In this document: piece by piece, positions 1-10,379 of the stretch | Numbering within the stretch: position 1 is the first letter of the stretch | Layout of the letters: each line of letters begins with the position of its first letter | Assembly (NCBI GenBank): GCA_964016885.1 | Contig: OZ024766.1 | Coordinates: 3,162,001 to 3,226,000 of the forward strand | Origin: Eledone cirrhosa | Taxonomy: Eukaryota | Direction of reading: 5' to 3' | DNA: 64,000 bases | Position numbers and translations under genes: made by a program | Notes under the pieces: generated by a model | Databases searched by the model: none | Seen by the model: only the letters and a program-made list of their open reading frames with translations | Told to the model about the DNA's origin: nothing

Positions 1-1761
1 TCGAGTTAAACTACTCGAGTGAGAGAATGACTTACCACAGATTTCACAGTGATGAGGCTTCTCTCCTGTATGACTATATTTATGTACAGTTAACCGACCT
101 GACTGAGAGAATGACTTACCACAGATTTCACAGTGATAAGGTTTTTCTCCTGTATGAATACGTATGTGTTCAGTTAAATTGCTCGGCACAGCGAATGATT
201 TACCACAGATATCACAGTGATAAGGTTTTTCTCCTGTATGAATACGTATGTGTTCAGTTAAATTGCTTCGCGCAGCGAATGATTTACCACAGATATCACA
301 GTGATGAGGTTTCTCTCCTGTATGACTAGATTTATGTAGAGTTAAACTACTCGAATGAGAGAATGACTTACCACAGATTTCACAGTGATAAGGTTTTTCT
401 CCTGTATGAATACGTATGTGTTCAGTTAAATTGCTCGCCGCAGCGAGTAACTTACCACAGATATCACAGTGATAAGGTTTTTCTCCTGTATGAATACGTA
501 TGTGTTCAGTTAAATTGCTCCGCGCAGCGAATGATTTACCACAGATATCACAGTGATGAGGTTTCTCTCCTGTATGACTAGATTTATGTAGAGTTAAACT
601 ACTCGACTGAGAGAATGACTTACCACAGATATCACAGTGATAAGGTTTATTTCCTGTATGAAGATATTTGTGTCGAGTTAAACTACTCGACTGAGAGAAT
701 GACTTACCACAGATATTACATTCATGAGGTTTCTCTCCTGTATGAATGAATTTATGTCTAGTTAAGTGATCATTTCGAGAGAATGATTCACCACAGATAT
801 CACATTGATGAGCTTTCCCTCCTGTATGAATGAATTTATGTCTAGTTAAGTGAGCATTTTGAGAGAATGATTCAGCACAGATATCACAGTGATGAGCTTT
901 CCCTCCTGTATGAAGGAATTTATGTCTAGTTAAGTGAGCATTTTGAGAGAATGATTCACCACAGATATCACATTGATGAGCTTTCCCTCCTGTATGAATG
1001 AATTTATGTCTAGTTAAGTGAGCATTTTGAGAGAATGATTTACCACAGATATCACAGTGATGAGGCTTCTCTCCTGTATGACTATATTTATGTACAGTTA
1101 ATTGACCTGACTGAGAGAATGACTTTCCACAGATATCACAGAGATGAGGCTTCTCTCCTGTATGAATATATTTATGTACAGTTAACTGACTTGACCGGGA
1201 GAATGACTTCCCACAGATTTCACAGTGATAAGGTTTCTTTCCTGTATGAATATATTTATGTTTAGATAAACTACTTGGTTGAGAAAATGATTCACCACAG
1301 ATATCACAGTGATGAGGCTTCTCTCCTGTATGAATATATTTATGTACAGTTAACTGACCTGACTGGGAGAATGACTTCCCACAGATTTCACAGTGATGAC
1401 GCTTCTCTCCGGTATGAATACGTTTATGTGTAGTTAAATGCGCTGACAAAGAGAATGACTTTCCACAGATATCACAGTGATGAGATTTCTCTCCTGTATG
1501 AATACGTATGTGTTTAGTTAAGTCACCCTTACACGAGAATGATTTACCACAGATATCACAGTGACGGGGTTTCTCTCCTGTATGGACAGATTTGTGTCTA
1601 CTTAAACTACTTGACATAGAAAATGATTTACCACAGATGTCACACTGATGAGGCTTCTCTCCTGTATGAATACGTATGTGTTTAGTTAAGTAACCCGACA
1701 CAGAGAATGATTTACCACAGATATCACAGTCGTATGATGATTTTTTGTTCCTCTTTGACAT
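1..1761 (-). CDS. C2H2 zinc-finger gene ZNF-1 ([10 protein letters not shown] subfamily), about 20 fingers visible, 3' end runs off the window
   Basis: ATG at 1761 in the same context as the 7409 paralog. 84-bp periodic CxxC-x12-HxxxH-TGEKP units stay in frame down to base 1. Missing from the ORF track because no stop is reached. Confidence 0.9.
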   Translation of the reverse strand, partial: MSKRNKKSSYDCDICGKSFSVSGYLTKHIRIHTGEKPHQCDICGKSFSMSSSLSRHKSVHTGEKPRHCDICGKSFSCKGDLTKHIRIHTGEKSHHCDICGKSFSLSAHLTTHKRIHTGEKRHHCEICGKSFSQSGQLTVHKYIHTGEKPHHCDICGESFSQPSSLSKHKYIHTGKKPYHCEICGKSFSRSSQLTVHKYIHTGEKPHLCDICGKSFSQSGQLTVHKYSHTGEKPHHCDICGKSFSQNAHLTRHKFIHTGGKAHQCDICGESFSQNAHLTRHKFLHTGGKAHHCDICAESFSQNAHLTRHKFIHTGGKAHQCDICGESFSRNDHLTRHKFIHTGEKPHECNICGKSFSQSSSLTRHKYLHTGNKPYHCDICGKSFSQSSSLTLHKSSHTGEKPHHCDICGKSFAARSNLTEHIRIHTGEKPYHCDICGKLLAAASNLTEHIRIHTGEKPYHCEICGKSFSHSSSLTLHKSSHTGEKPHHCDICGKSFAARSNLTEHIRIHTGEKPYHCDICGKSFAVPSNLTEHIRIHTGEKPYHCEICGKSFSQSGRLTVHKYSHTGEKPHHCEICGKSFSHSSSLTR

Positions 1762-2322
1762 CTCTTCAGGAAAAAATATTTTTGCACAGCAGAAAATAAA
1801 GATGTTTTTTCTTGGTCTTCTTTTTATAGTTTATTCCTAATAAATATTTTCAAAGTTAAATTTCCATCAACTTTGATTTTTGTTGACACCTGAAAATGAT
1901 GCAAATTCCTTTATAGATTTACCCAAGTTTAATAAGATTACTATATCTTCTTGTACACTTTCCAGATAGTGAGAAGATAAATTATTTAATGAACCTCAGT
2001 TCAGAAGAAATATTTCACTGTAAGTCATCAAATGCTGATATAAAAAGACTTACATGAATACTGTGTAAAATGTTGTGTTAGTTTTTGAAAGATATTGATG
2101 TTGTATCCGAAGTTAAAATTTCTCTTCTGTCAATGTCATGTGATATTCTGAAATAGCAGAGAAAACAAAATAAGTTATGGAGAATGTTGAAATGTGATTC
2201 AATAATGGAAATTTTACATTTCTATATTGATAAACTGTATATATAAACTTTCAGCTGAATAATTAAACTTTTCAATGTGTAAAAGTGTATTATACATCAT
2301 TGGTGTGTATATATATTATAAG

Positions 2323-2380
2323 ACCCGTCCCACCCTTGCAAGCAGGGAAAAGCGGACGTAAAATGATGATGATGATGATG
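2323..2380 (+). mobile_element. Very short 3' end of an RTE-type retroposon (stem-loop plus (ATG)n tail) in the ZNF-1 intron
   Basis: ACCCGTCCCACCCTTGCAAGCAGGGAAAAGCGGACGTAAA(ATG)n. Absent at the paralogous site near 7965-7975. Reverse-orientation copies at 57525-57587 and 61376-61435. Confidence 0.7.
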
Positions 2381-2948
2381 ATACAGTATATGCCAGCGTA
2401 CAAGTCAATATTTATAGGCTAAAAATCTCACCTGCTCAGTTTCCTAGAAAATTAGTCATTTCCGACTGATTTTGAGGTTAGGTTTGTTGGAAACACGAAA
2501 AATAACTGGGAAAATTAACAATTTCCCACCGGACGACCGACATGTGCTTTTACTGTAAATTTACCTTAAATTAAAACAGATTTAGGCTAACATGTAGACA
2601 GATTTAATTAACTTTAAACAACAAAGTACAGCTGAATATAAACTATATATTATAATACAAGGTAGTGAAGAACATGATTAAATAGACGGAGGTAATTTAA
2701 ATAATAAAGACACTCATAATAACAATCTATTTTATATCACATGTAACAGTAGAATCTAGCTATTGTAAAATAAGACAACATTTCAGTCTAGAAGTATTTT
2801 CCTGTATATAAAAGTGACGAGGAAGAAATATGTCCAAAGTTGTTAAATATTTTCACTTGTATATAATTACTGTATCGTTGAAAGGTTCACATAATTCTAT
2901 TATTTACACACATTATTATAGACTTCAAGTAAATCTTTCTCAACTTAC

Positions 2949-3117
2949 CCTCTTCACATGTAATCAATGTGTTGACTTCTTATATTTTATTAAACAACCA
3001 AAGAAATAATCTTCTTGTTGTTGAATAAGAATTTTCAAAAATTTTATCAGCTTTTCTTTGTCCGCCATTAACGTTGGTGTATCTTCTTATTCTTTAGCCA
3101 CAGATTCGTATCTTGTC
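2949..3117 (-). promoter_or_regulatory. Predicted non-coding exon 1 / promoter-proximal block of ZNF-1 with uORF 3068-2964; intron 2948-2148
   Basis: Donor GAGG|GTAAGT at 2949/2948; acceptor polypyrimidine-TTTCAG| at 2148/2147; YY1-like CCGCCATT at 3062. Block conserved in all 7 units. Confidence 0.65.
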
Positions 3118-3185
3118 ACGATTAAGCAGTTAAGCTAGCTTTCTTTGTTTAAGGTATGTGTTCCTCGTTGTCTTTCCCATTTGTA

Positions 3186-3228
<43 letters not shown>

Positions 3229-3276
3229 GTGTGATAATTCAAAATATAAATAAATATACACATTAACGTAATAAAA

Positions 3277-3349
3277 ATATATTTTATTATATATATTTCG
3301 GAGGTACTGTGCTGTTTTTTTCAGTACGTCCTCATCTGATAAAATATAT
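3277..3349 (-). ncRNA. Minimal type I hammerhead ribozyme motif, degenerate (CAGAUGA instead of CUGAUGA)
   Basis: Perfect 11-bp stem I, hairpin stem II (GGACGUACUG/CAGUACCUCC), GAA, palindromic AUAUAUAU, then A as H17. Confidence 0.65.
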
Positions 3350-3405
3350 AAATTGATGTGTGACATATCTTAACTGTGCTGATGGTTCAATTCCAGCATT
3401 GGCAG

Positions 3406-3436
<31 letters not shown>

Positions 3437-3789
3437 ATGTATATATATATGTGTATATATATATATATATATATACACGTGTGTGTATGTGTGAGTATAT
3501 ATATATATATATTTCGTTTTTTAATGCTTTGCGAGATTATTTTTACCTGAAAACTTACGTTGAAACAGATATTGTTATACTTTGGGAGGGTCATTCTGCC
3601 AATTAAAACACACACTCCCGTTGTTTTTCAATTCAATTTATTATAAATTTCAGGTTGGTTGGTTTAATAACCGGATGGTTGTTTATATATTGCCAAAGCC
3701 CTTTCGTCACACACTGTGACCTCCTCATTGACTGGTTTCTTATTTTGTGTCTCTCCTGTCCTACACCAACTTGTTTTATTGAACGCTGT

Positions 3790-4520
3790 AACACCAGAGG
3801 ACTGTGTCATTCCCATTGGGAGATTTCGTTGAGTCAGGTCTGCCTTTATCATTTCATCCCACGTCTTCTCTAGGTGCTTCCTGTAGCCTTTAAAGTCCTG
3901 CACCACTTTAAACAGCTGTCATCCTTCATGTGCATCCTATGACCATACCACCAGTCTTCTACCCTGCACACAGCATTTGATCCCTCTTATGCCCCTAATA
4001 CATATACACTTTGCTGTTCATGTACAACTTCGTTACACAGCCATCTGATCATATAGAATTTGTTTCTTTCCAATCTCCATAGGACCTCAGTACTCAGAGC
4101 CCATATTTTGCTACCATGTAGCATTGCTGAGTGCACACAGGCATTGTCAAGTTTGCTTTTTATCTAGAGTGAGAGACCTTTTGTAGTTAACAGTTGCAGC
4201 AGCTCCCTCAACTTTTTCCAACCCGCTCTTATCCTTGCAACTCTACTTTATGCACAATCTCCTCCTCAGCTGATTTTGTTCCCAAGATAGAAGCTATCAG
4301 CAATTTTTGGGGGTCTTCTGTGCATTTAAGGGCGCCTGCTATGTGAAGGTCTTTGCCTACTTCCCTTGTGCAGCGTTCACATATCAAGTTGGTTTTTCTT
4401 GTGATCCTGCCAGTTTTCTCACTACATCACTTGTGTACCCACTATCTGCATTTGGTACACTAGATACAATTCCTACCTACTCCTTTCCTGCACACTAAGC
4501 AGAGCCATTTCCCAGAGTAT
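3790..4520 (-). mobile_element. Degenerate RTE-clade LINE, 3' part of the ORF
   Basis: Minus strand translates, with stops and frameshifts, to GKWLCLVCRKGVGRNCI*CTKC, RVARIRAGWKKLRELL, AMLHGSKIWAL and KTWDEMIKADL. These are typical post-RT RTE motifs. Confidence 0.8.
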
Positions 4521-4924
4521 AATATTTGGTTAAAATATATTTTATAACACCCCTAAAAAATGTTTCTCGTCAGTAAAGAACTAACATCCAATACATTTTA
4601 CACATATGTATCATCTATTGACAATATGACATTTTAATAAAATGAGAGTTCTCTGATCATTATTTTACAAATGTATTTATCCGTGAAGTGCGAATGGTTG
4701 GCGACCATTGCTCTATGTAGAGTGGTTGGTTTTAGGAAGGGGCATCCAGTCATAGAATCTATGTCAAAAAAAGATTGAGAGGACCCTGCAGCTATGTGAA
4801 GGGCACAACAACCTCTCCAGTGTTGGTGATACAAAATTGCATCCTCACCCAACAGACAAATATGACAGCATAGACCTTTGAGTGATGACAAATATTCACT
4901 TCAAAACCCCCAATGTCCATTCAG

Positions 4925-5078
4925 TCTACAACATTATGGGATAGAGGGTCCCTTACTCATACACAACAGGAAATGTGGGTGTTGCCCTCTAAATATTTCT
5001 TGTGGCCAGCTACAGTATTAGGTCATGGGATAGAGGGTCCCTCAATTATACACTACAACAGGAAACGTGGGTGTTGCC
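4925..5078. repeat. ~92-bp minisatellite (about 2 copies) in the ZNF-2 3' flank
   Basis: GGGATAGAGGGTCCCT..ATACACTACAACAGG..ATGTGGGTGTTGCC repeated; same family as 25738-26321. Confidence 0.75.
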
Positions 5079-5259
5079 AAAAAATAAATTTAAGAAGACA
5101 ACTATCAGATATGAGAACTACTTTAATCCCATTTAAAAATAAAATAAAAAAAATAGAAAACAATATTTAGAAGCTGTAGAAATAATAAGGGTTTCCTTGT
5201 GATATTAGTTGACAATAAGTTTATATATGTAACATGAAGGACATGTTACATTGCCAAGT

Positions 5260-6281
<1,022 letters not shown>

Positions 6282-7409
6282 TCAGTGATGAGGCTTCTCT
6301 CCTGTATGAATACGTTTATGTGTAGTTAATTGACCTGACTGAGAGAATGACTTTCTACAGATATCACAGTGATGAGGCTTCTCTCCTGTATGACTATATT
6401 TATGTACAGTTAACTGACTTGACAGGGAGAATGACTTCCCACAGATTTCACAGTGATAAGGTTTCTTTCCTGTATGAATATATTTATGTTTAGATAAAAT
6501 ACTTGGTTGAGAGAATGACTTACCACAGATATCACATTCATGAGGTTTCTCTCCTGTATGAATGTATTTATGTGTAGTTAAGTGATCATTTCGAGAGAAT
6601 GATTCACCACAGATATCACAGTGATGAGGCTTCTCTCCTGTATGAATATATTTATGTTTAGATAAACTACTTGACTGAGAGAATGACTTACCACAGATAT
6701 CACAGTGATGAGGCTTCTCTCCTGTATGAATACGTTTATGTGTAGTTAAATGTGCTGACGAAGAGAATGACTTTCCACAGATATCACAAGGATGAGGCTT
6801 CTCTCCAGTATGACTATATTTATGTACAGTTAATTGACCTGACTGAGAGAATGATTTACCACAGATATCACAGTGATGAGGCTTCTCTCCTGTATGAAGA
6901 TATTTATGTACAGTTAATTGACCTGACTGAGAGAATGACTTTCCACAGATATCACAGTGATGAGGCTTCTCTCCTGTATGACTATATTTATGTACAGTTA
7001 AGTGACTTGACCGGGAGAATGACTTCCCACAGATTTCACAGCGATAAGGTTTCTTTCCTGTATGAATATATTTATGTTTAGATAAACAACTTGACTGAGA
7101 GAATGACTTACCACAGATATCACATTCATGAGGTTTCTCTCCTGTATGAATACGTATGTGTCTAGTTAAGTCACCCTTACACGAGAATGATTTACCACAG
7201 ATATCACAGTGATGGGGTTTCTCTCCTGTATGGACAGATTTGTGTCTACTTACACTACTTGACATAGAAAATGATTTACCACAGATGTCACACTGATGAG
7301 GCTTCTCTCCTGTATGAATACCTATGTGTTTAGTTAAGTAACCCAACACAGAGAATGATTTACCACAGATATCACAGTTGTATGATGATTTTTTGTTCCT
7401 CTTTGACAT
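6282..7409 (-). CDS. C2H2 zinc-finger gene ZNF-2, 375 aa, 13 fingers, truncated by frameshift
   Basis: ORF track translation. Ends where ATATCACAGTG is reduced to ATATCAGTG, creating TGA. Confidence 0.88.
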   Translation of the reverse strand: MSKRNKKSSYNCDICGKSFSVLGYLTKHIGIHTGEKPHQCDICGKSFSMSSSVSRHKSVHTGEKPHHCDICGKSFSCKGDLTRHIRIHTGEKPHECDICGKSFSQSSCLSKHKYIHTGKKPYRCEICGKSFSRSSHLTVHKYSHTGEKPHHCDICGKSFSQSGQLTVHKYLHTGEKPHHCDICGKSFSQSGQLTVHKYSHTGEKPHPCDICGKSFSSSAHLTTHKRIHTGEKPHHCDICGKSFSQSSSLSKHKYIHTGEKPHHCDICGESFSRNDHLTTHKYIHTGEKPHECDICGKSFSQPSILSKHKYIHTGKKPYHCEICGKSFSLSSQLTVHKYSHTGEKPHHCDICRKSFSQSGQLTTHKRIHTGEKPHH

Positions 7410-8537
7410 CTTTTCAGGAAAAAATATTTTTGCACAGCAGAAAATAAGGATGTTTTTTCTTGGTCTTCTTTTTATAGTTTATTCCAAATAAATATTTTCA
7501 AAGTTAAATTCCCATCAACTTTGATTTTTGTTGACACCTGAAAATGATGCAAATTCCTTTATAGATTTACCCAAGTTTAATAAGAATACTATATCTTCTT
7601 GTACACTTTCCAGATAGTGAGGAGATAAATTATTTAATGAACCTCAGTTCAGAAGAAATATTTCACTGTAAGTCATCAAATGCTGATATAAAAAGACTTA
7701 TATGAATACTGCGTAAAATGTTGTGTTAGTTTTTGAAAGATATTGATGTTGTATCCGAAGTTAAAATTTCTCTTCTGTCAATGTCGTGTGATATTCTGAA
7801 ATAGCAAAGAAAACAAAATAAGTTATGGAGAATGTTGAAATGTGATTCAATAATGGAAATTTTACATTTCTATATTGATAAACTGGATATATAAACTTTC
7901 AGCTGAATAATTAAACTTTTCAATGTGTAAAAGTGTATTATACATCATGTGTGTGTATATATATTATATATACAGTATATGCCAGCGTACAAGTCGATAT
8001 TTATAGCCTAAAAATCTCACCTGCTCAGTTTCCTAGAAAATGAGTCATTTCCGACTGATTTTGAGGTTAGGTTTGTTGGAAACACGAAAACAAACTAGGA
8101 AAATTAACAATTTCCCACCTGACGACTGACAGGTGGTTTTGCTGTAAATTTACCTTAAATTAAAACAGATTTAGGCTAACATGTAGACAGATTTAATCAA
8201 CTTTAAACAACAAAGTACAGCTGAATATAAACTACACATTATAATACAAGGTAGTGAACAACATGATTAAATAGACGGAGGTAACTTAAATAATAAAGAC
8301 ACTCATAATAACAATCTATTTTATATCACATGTAACAGTAGAATCTAGCTATTGTAAAATAAGACAACATTTCAGTCTAGAAGTATTTTCCTGTATATAA
8401 AAGTGACGAGGAAGAAATATGTCCAAAGTTGTTAAATATTTTCACTTGTATATAATTACTGTATCGTTGAAAGGTTCACATAATTCTATTATTTACACAC
8501 ATTATTATAGACTTCAAGTAAATCTTTCTCAACTTAC

Positions 8538-8708
8538 CCTCTTCACATGTAATCAATGTGTTGACTTCTTATATTTTATTAAACAACCAAAGAAATAATC
8601 TTCTTGTTGTTGTTGAATAAGAATTTTCAAAGATTTTATCAGCTTTTCTTTGTCCGCCATTAACGTTGGTGTATCTTCTTATTCTTTAGCCACAGATTCG
8701 TATCTTGT
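8538..8708 (-). promoter_or_regulatory. Predicted exon 1 / promoter block of ZNF-2 with uORF 8660-8553; intron 8537-7796
   Basis: Same donor, acceptor and CCGCCATT (8654) as unit 1. Confidence 0.65.
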
Positions 8709-8803
8709 CACGATGAAGAAGTTAAGCTAGCTTTCTTTGTTTGTTTAAGGTATATGTTCCTCGTTGTCTTTCCCATTTGCCTCTCTACGCATGTGTATGT
8801 GTG

Positions 8804-8840
<37 letters not shown>

Positions 8841-8844
<4 letters not shown>

Positions 8845-9125
8845 GTGGAACACTGGGAGGTAATATCCGTAGTGGTAGAGCACTCAGACCAAGGGAGGAG
8901 TTAGGTAGAAGTGGTTTCACAACAGTTAGTTCACCATACCGAGAACAATTGTTTCACCTTCGCGGATCTTCAGCTCGGGATGTGTATATTTATAGGAACA
9001 GGAAGGACAACCGTACGAACGCGCATGCGCAGAAACTCGGTCACTTCACACAGGCAATACTAGACTGCGTGCGGGAAGTGTAAGGGAGATAACTGCGAAA
9101 GTCCGGAAAGTTTTTCGGTTGAAAA
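8841..9125 (-). mobile_element. GC-richer insert between (TA)n tracts, probable Penelope-like element terminal repeat
   Basis: Minus-strand TATAAATA (8993-8986) directly precedes a hammerhead motif. Flanked by (TA)n. Absent upstream of the paralogous genes. Confidence 0.55.
8939..8978 (-). ncRNA. Minimal 40-nt type I hammerhead ribozyme motif
   Basis: CCGAG-CUGAAGA-UCCGCGAAGGU-GAA-ACAAUUGU-U-CUCGG: 5-bp stem I, intact core, short stem II with a U-U closing mismatch, palindromic stem III, GUU triplet. Confidence 0.75.
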
Positions 9126-9153
9126 AAAATAAAATAAACTAAAATAAAATAAA

Positions 9154-9184
<31 letters not shown>

Positions 9185-9189
9185 TATAT

Positions 9190-9285
<96 letters not shown>

Positions 9286-9330
9286 TTACATATAGACACT
9301 TATATTTAAATATACATATATATATATATA

Positions 9331-9463
9331 TACGATATTAAATAAATGGAAACTATATTTATAAAACCATATTTATTTCATTATATATATTTCAGAGATA
9401 TCATATTAAAAATATGGTATGCCTTCTTCAGACAAATATAGTTTCCATTTATTTAATATCGTA
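9331..9463. repeat. Perfect 30-bp inverted repeat (9331-9360 / 9434-9463)
   Basis: TACGATATTAAATAAATGGAAACTATATTT and its exact reverse complement; the arms bracket a hammerhead motif. Confidence 0.9.
9374..9438 (-). ncRNA. Minimal type I hammerhead ribozyme motif (imperfect stem I)
   Basis: UAUUUGU-CUGAAGA-14-bp hairpin with 2 mismatches-GAA-AUAUAUAU-A-AU(G)AAAUA. Confidence 0.6.
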
Positions 9464-9697
9464 AATATACTCCAAATACTTGTTGAGTGCTTTTATATCA
9501 GTTATAAATATTTACTCGTTGTAACCCAACAATTTAAATAAAACTTTGCATATATATATATATATATATATATGTCGGAGGTGAGTTTTATTGTAGCACA
9601 ATAAAGCAATGCAGATATCGGATAAGTAGCATTCTACAGTTTGTAGGACTGGAGTATAAATAATATAAAATCAAGAGATGGTTAAAAGAGTTCGATG

Positions 9698-10001
9698 TAT
9701 TTTATTATGCGCATTTCAAAAACAAATATCATCATCATCATTTAACGTCCATATTCCACGCTTGCATGAGTCTGGACGGGAGTTTTCCCACTTGAGGCAA
9801 GAGTGGTTGTCTTGCTCGCATAGGACTCTGGCGGGTTTTCTACAGCTGGATGCCCTTCCTAACACCAACCACATTTACAGTGTGGAACTGGGAGGTTTTT
9901 ACCGTGTTACCTACACAGCCACATTACAGCGTGGACTGTGTGTTCTTTTGTCGTGACACCTACATCATGTGATGATATTTGCGTTCTCATCAGATAAAAT
10001 A
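9698..10001 (-). ncRNA. Hammerhead motif interrupted in loop II by a retroposon (inverted twin of 10077-10149)
   Basis: Perfect 8-bp stem I (UAUUUUAU/AUAAAAUA), CUGAUGA at 9993-9987, GAA-AUGCGCAU-A at 9717-9706. About 230 bp inserted at the tip of stem II. Confidence 0.7.
9728..9964 (-). mobile_element. RTE-tail-type short retroposon with (ATG)n tail
   Basis: (CAT)n-TTAACGTCCAT...TTTCTACAGCTGGATGCCCTTCCTAACACCAACC; same family as 61376-62100 and the copies upstream of ZNF-3 to ZNF-7. Confidence 0.7.
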
Positions 10002-10076
10002 AGTAGACAAAGAGCCATTTGCGAGTAGTGAAGTGTTAAATCGCAAGTGTTTTTCAAGCTTCATATCATGTCTCCC

Positions 10077-10149
10077 TGTATTATCTGATGAGAACGCAAA
10101 TATCATCCCATGATGATATTTGTTTTTGAAATGCGCATAATAAAATACA
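10077..10149 (+). ncRNA. Minimal type I hammerhead ribozyme motif with intact core
   Basis: UGUAUUAU-CUGAUGA(10085-10091)-16-bp stem II-GAA(10128-10130)-AUGCGCAU-A(10139)-AUAAAAUACA. Predicted cleavage after AUA at 10139. Confidence 0.8.
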
Positions 10150-10379
10150 TGGAACTCTTTTAACCATCTTTTGATCTTATATTATATATATATATACGTG
10201 TGTGTGTGTATGTATATATATATATATATGTATATACGTGTGTGTGTGGATGTATATCCTGAAATATACACCTATCAATGGAAACACAATCATCACTGTA
10301 TGATAATAGTTGGTTAAATTTTCAAAGCAGCCAATGTGTGTGAAGGGGAATTAGTTGAGTAGGTTTATAGAATGATTAT

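Noticed and set aside
2018-2053. Possible extra mini-intron (GTAAGT...TTACAG) in the ZNF-1/ZNF-2 5' UTR
   Set aside because: Only ~35 nt, and the donor is absent in the MSEEE paralogs.
3692-3732. Sixth hammerhead-like motif on the minus strand (GUCA-AUGAGGA-hairpin-GAA-AGGGCU-U-UGGC)
   Set aside because: C3 is mutated, stem II has an extra base, stem III is not a true palindrome and stem I is only 4 bp. Possibly a decayed copy, but not supportable.
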